64,000 nt of DNA from Prorocentrum cordatum (lineage: Eukaryota), in contig CAUYUJ010000111.1 in the NCBI GenBank assembly GCA_963575745.1, forward strand, positions 1 through 64,000, in the 5' to 3' direction. Made by a program: the position numbers and the translations under genes. Under the pieces are notes generated by a model, which was not told the origin of the DNA, did no database searches, and worked only from the letters and a program-made list of their open reading frames with translations. Positions within the stretch are counted from its first letter, which is position 1. Each line of letters begins with the position of its first letter. Shown one piece after another: positions 59,917 through 64,000 of this stretch.

Positions 59917-62900
59917 AGGTGCCACGACACCATTGCGTCATGGAATGTGCGTCGGGCAGGTGCAGAGAACGGCCATGACATAATTAATTCACTACGTCGT
60001 TTAGATGTGGGACTCGCGGGGTTGTGCGAGTGTCAGTTCCTTTCAGTTCGTGATCTCAGCATGCGAGGTTACACAATTTTTCGGAGTACTTGTCGGAAGG
60101 CTGCGGTGATTATGTCTAAGTCTTGGAGAGACTCGCTCAGAGCCACATATCGTGGCAAAGGTTTTGTCATTTGTAGTTATTCTAGTGTTACGGTTATTGT
60201 TGCATATATGCCACATGAGAGTATCAATGCCCTTACGGAAGAACAGTATGAGCATGATGTGTATGAGCAGATATTGTTTGATATATCCCAAGTGCTTCGC
60301 ACACATAGGTCTAAGTTCCCGAAGCAGCCGCAGGACCTGGTCTTCTTGACAGATGCTAACGTCGAACTCGAGCCAGATTCGGAGGTCAACGGCTTTAGAG
60401 TTACTGGATCAGGGCTTCTGGAGGCGTCTGGGATTGCTGGGGAGTCTACGGAGATTGATACTGGGATGGAGGAGGGAGCGGATGACGGCAACCCGTATAT
60501 GACTCAAACAAAACGTGGTGCACGCAAAGCCAGACCTCATAGGCTTGTCTCGGGCTTCGAAATTCGACGGGCGTCTAGGTTGCAATCGATGAGGAGGGCC
60601 CTACTGGACTTCTGCGGGCTCTGGGGCATCAGGATGGAGAACACATTCGGGCAGAGGAGGGTTACTTTCAAATCAGGTACGGGGGTGGAGAAGGTGCTCG
60701 ACTATGTTGGTGTCAGCCGTCGTTTACACAGGCAGGAGCTCACCGTTGGCTGGATGCTGCCTTCGGAAGTCGGCCACGCCTGGACGGAGCACCCTTGCAG
60801 CAGATGCGAGCGTGCGCTGTCTGACCACGCCTGCATAGTTGTTCGCTTGTCTTGTGCACCGTCTGCGAAGAGACGGACCCAGCCTGCTCGAAAATTCATC
60901 CACTTGCAACCGGTGTCACAGCTGGAGTTTGCGAAGAACATGGACGATCGGGGCAGTCGTTGCCGTGCTCTGTGCCAGGAAAATGCTGACCCAGAGGATC
61001 GACAGGAGATGTTGGATACGCTGGGACCTGACCTCATAAAGGCCGCCGAGGAGACCCCCCAGAAAGATATCAATCCCAGGAATAATGTGCCAAAGAAATC
61101 CGAGATCCACTGGGCCGCCCAGGCAAGTAAACGTGAAGCTCTTCGTCGGGGGGATAGAGAGGAGGCTAAACGGTGCTCAAAGATTGTGAGGAGAGAAAGA
61201 AGGAGGCTAGAGGCAAGAGTACAGAGGTGGAGGACGGAAATGAACACGAGGAGGAGGAGGAGGGCCAAGACGGAGACGTTGATCCTTGCCAACGGGATGG
61301 AGTCTCAGAACCGCGAGGAGTGGGGGGACGAGATATTGGGGCACATGAAGTCTAAGGTGGAGGACCCCGAGGCCAGAGAGGTGACCCTGCGTGAGCTTCA
61401 GTCGCTGCGTGGTCTATGTTCGGGAAGCGGATCCTCAGAGGTGTTCTCGATGTCGCTCCTGCTGCGGGCGAGGGCGAAGCTGTCCACGGGAAAGGCCCCA
61501 GGTCCCGACAACGTGACTGTCACGATGTTGAAACAGCTCTCGTGGGCATCTGTGCGACGTGTTCTGGTGAGCTTCCAAGGTGTGTATTCCAGAAGGTTAT
61601 GTTGTCCCGACAGTTGGCGTCAACTAGCTGCCACACTCATGCCAAAAGAAATGGACATACAACATTTGACAGATACACGTATGCTATGTCTACAGTCGTG
61701 TCTTATGAAATGGTACATGACATGTATTGTGATGTTGATTGAGAAGAGGATTGAGGAGCACCGACACTATGTATGCCTGTACGGATTCAGATCGGGACGC
61801 AAAACATCGGAAATCACCAGCGTTGCCAAGAGGCTCAGCCAGCACTCCGCTGTCTGGGGCAAAGGAGACAGTTTGTGGCTTGCCAATCTTGATATCTTAC
61901 AAGCTTTCGATAATGTTACTCCGTGCCTCGCCATGCGCTGTCTTCGTGCTCTTGACATACCTGCTGATCTCATTGTGGCGTTGATTGAACCCATGATGGA
62001 TAATCAGTGCGTGGCCAGCTTCGAGGGCATCGAGGCATCGTCAGCGGTCTATTGGGACAAATCTATTCGAACGGGAGGAGTAGAGGGACCTATGATTTTT
62101 CTGGCAGTTTCTATTGTACTCTGGAGAGATGTTATCGACAGATGGAGGCAAGAAACGCAGTACGGCATCAAATTGGAAAATGATGAGCGCATGTTCAATG
62201 GTGAGCGTATGACCCACAGTTTCTGGGCAGATAATCTTTTGTTGTATGCGAAGACCCGCACTGACCTTGAGTTGATGGTGCGTGACATGAGTATCCCCCT
62301 GATGAATGCAGGAATGACCTGGAAGCCGAAATCTTTGATGTATATTTACTTTGGTGCGCCGCCTGGCATCCCGCCGTCCCCTGAGCAGGATATCCGTGTG
62401 CTGGTGCCGTCTAGTGACGCCGCTCTTGGGACCCGAGAAGTGGTCCTACCGCGTGTTCAAGCGTTTGAGATCCTGGGAGCCACTCTGGAGGAGACCTGGA
62501 AGGACCACTCGGACTCAGAGGCCATGCTCCAGAAAGCCCAGAGGATGTTCTTTGGGGAAATCGCGTATTACCGCTGTTCTGGGATTGGCTTGGCTGAAAG
62601 ATTTACTCGCTATCAAGCTAAAGTGATTGCTGCATTATTATTCAACTGTGAGGGCAGAACGCCCCAGGTATACGCAAGCGGAGAACTGAAGGCTGGTCTG
62701 AGTTTCAACGTAGGCGATACAAAGCGGGGCGACAGAGTTTTGCTGGACTTGGATTCCGAAGTGCGGTGCAGATATGGATATTTCGTTGTTGGGATTGGGC
62801 TAAGGATGTCTCAGTTGCTGCAAGTATTCGTATGAGGAGATACACAACACACACAGAGGAGGAGGAGGGAGAGACGGTACCAAATCGGCGTCAGAGGAAA

Positions 62901-64000
62901 ACTCGGGCGATGGCGGCGGCGGCGACTTCTCAAACATATCATGTATCTCAGATATCCCAGATGTCGAGTGGCTGTCGCCGGCGTACACCAGATGATCAGC
63001 CTGCCATACCTGAGGAGTCGGACATGTCACGTGAATGGATGATATCTAGGCTGGCCATGTTACATGGAAGGGGGAAGTGGACGGAACATCGTGACACATG
63101 TATTCTAGCAATGCCTGTAAAAGATAGGAAGCAGCTGACACGCATGAACATAGGCGGCCGCCCCCGTGGACATACTGCGTGGGACTGGTGCTTGTGCGAT
63201 CTCTTTGGTTGTGAGTGGTACCTCTCATTCGACAGTTCCGCTGGGTCCCGTGAGAAATACTGCAAGCATTTGCTGACTGTGATTGGTATGCAACACTTGT
63301 TCGACTTGTTTGTTCTACCCAGGCCGCCTGGTGTGAGACATGTGAAGGCAGAGGAGGAGGAGGAGAGTGAGATGAATGAGAGGATGAGCAAACGTATTGC
63401 CGCTAATTTTGAGAATGAAACGGAGTGGAGGTGTGAGAATATTGAGCGTCTTGGGATGGAGATCTTGGGAGATAGTAAGACTGTTGTAAACTGGATGTGT
63501 GGTGAGTGGCAGATTCGCAACAAGCAGTATGTACGACTGGTGGGAACACTACAAAATACGGTATCGATGCTGTCTGGATGGGGACTGACCTCACCTGCAT
63601 CGGGACAGAATCTGTATAAGCATTTCTTTCGTGAGGGTAATGAGCGTGCGGATAAATTGTCGTGGGAGGCCAGAGGTGGCCAAACTATTACTCGCTGGTT
63701 TGCATATGATAAGTTCCTCAGTACTCGTAAGACTGCTCTCCGTGGTGCATTCGATGGGGGTGTCAGTAATGAAGGATGTGGAGGTGGGTGGTGGCTTCAG
63801 ATTGGCGTTGTAGGTAGGGGTTCCAGCGTGCAGGTTGATTTTCCCATCTCCTCCTCCTCCTCCTCCTCCTCTTCCTCCTGCACCAGCTCGCACAGCTTCC
63901 ATTGGCACGATGTGGCCGAGGAGGCGATGAGCTTGCCTCCTGGTAGCACGGTAACCTGCTGTGAACTAGCTGCCTGCGCTGCCCTGACGAGAGCTGCTGC
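59917..64000 (+). pseudogene. ORF2 of family E (APE-RT-RNase H), broken by a deletion/frameshift near 62665
   Basis: SWNV, TDAN, LDY, SDH, KAPGPD, LDILQAFD, IRTGGVEGP, WADN. After 62668 homology continues in another frame (RKRRTEGWSEFQRRRY..GDSKTVVNW..FREGNERADKL..AFDGG..TVTCCELAA), open to the window end. Confidence 0.88.

Larger units (their letters stand above)
58356..64000 (+). mobile_element. Near-full-length non-LTR retrotransposon (family E); runs off the window
   Basis: 5' junction follows CCGGCGGTAACAAAGGTTGA; ORF1 and ORF2 are homologous to family D. Confidence 0.9.

Noticed and set aside
1..64000. rRNA, tRNA or telomeric repeats as the retroelement target
   Set aside because: No such sequences were recognised by eye; an Rfam scan of the hairpin module would settle this.

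Overview
Eukaryotic, almost certainly dinoflagellate, repeat-rich DNA. The host call rests on an exact DinoSL sequence at 51414-51434 and on GA-AG/GC-AG introns. The background is a complex satellite of ~177-178 bp diverged monomers in ~1 kb higher-order units, punctuated by a conserved stem-loop (CCGGCGGTAA-N14-TTACCGCCGG). Two kinds of mobile element sit in it. (1) A 31.2 kb giant DNA transposon (7594-38828) with perfect 16 bp TIRs and an 8 bp TSD. It carries three intron-containing genes: a hAT-like DDE transposase with AT-hook and HMG-like domains, a C5 DNA methyltransferase and a large Zn-finger protein. (2) Five insertions from four divergent non-LTR retrotransposon families (ORF1 plus APE-RT-RNase H). 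All are in the same orientation at the satellite stem-loop, and all four visible 3' junctions fall at the same base. Where visible, these elements share a WADN RT motif, a circularly permuted RNase H and an ORF2 in frame with ORF1 behind a single stop. One copy begins with a trans-spliced leader. All calls come from reading the sequence by eye; no searches were run.
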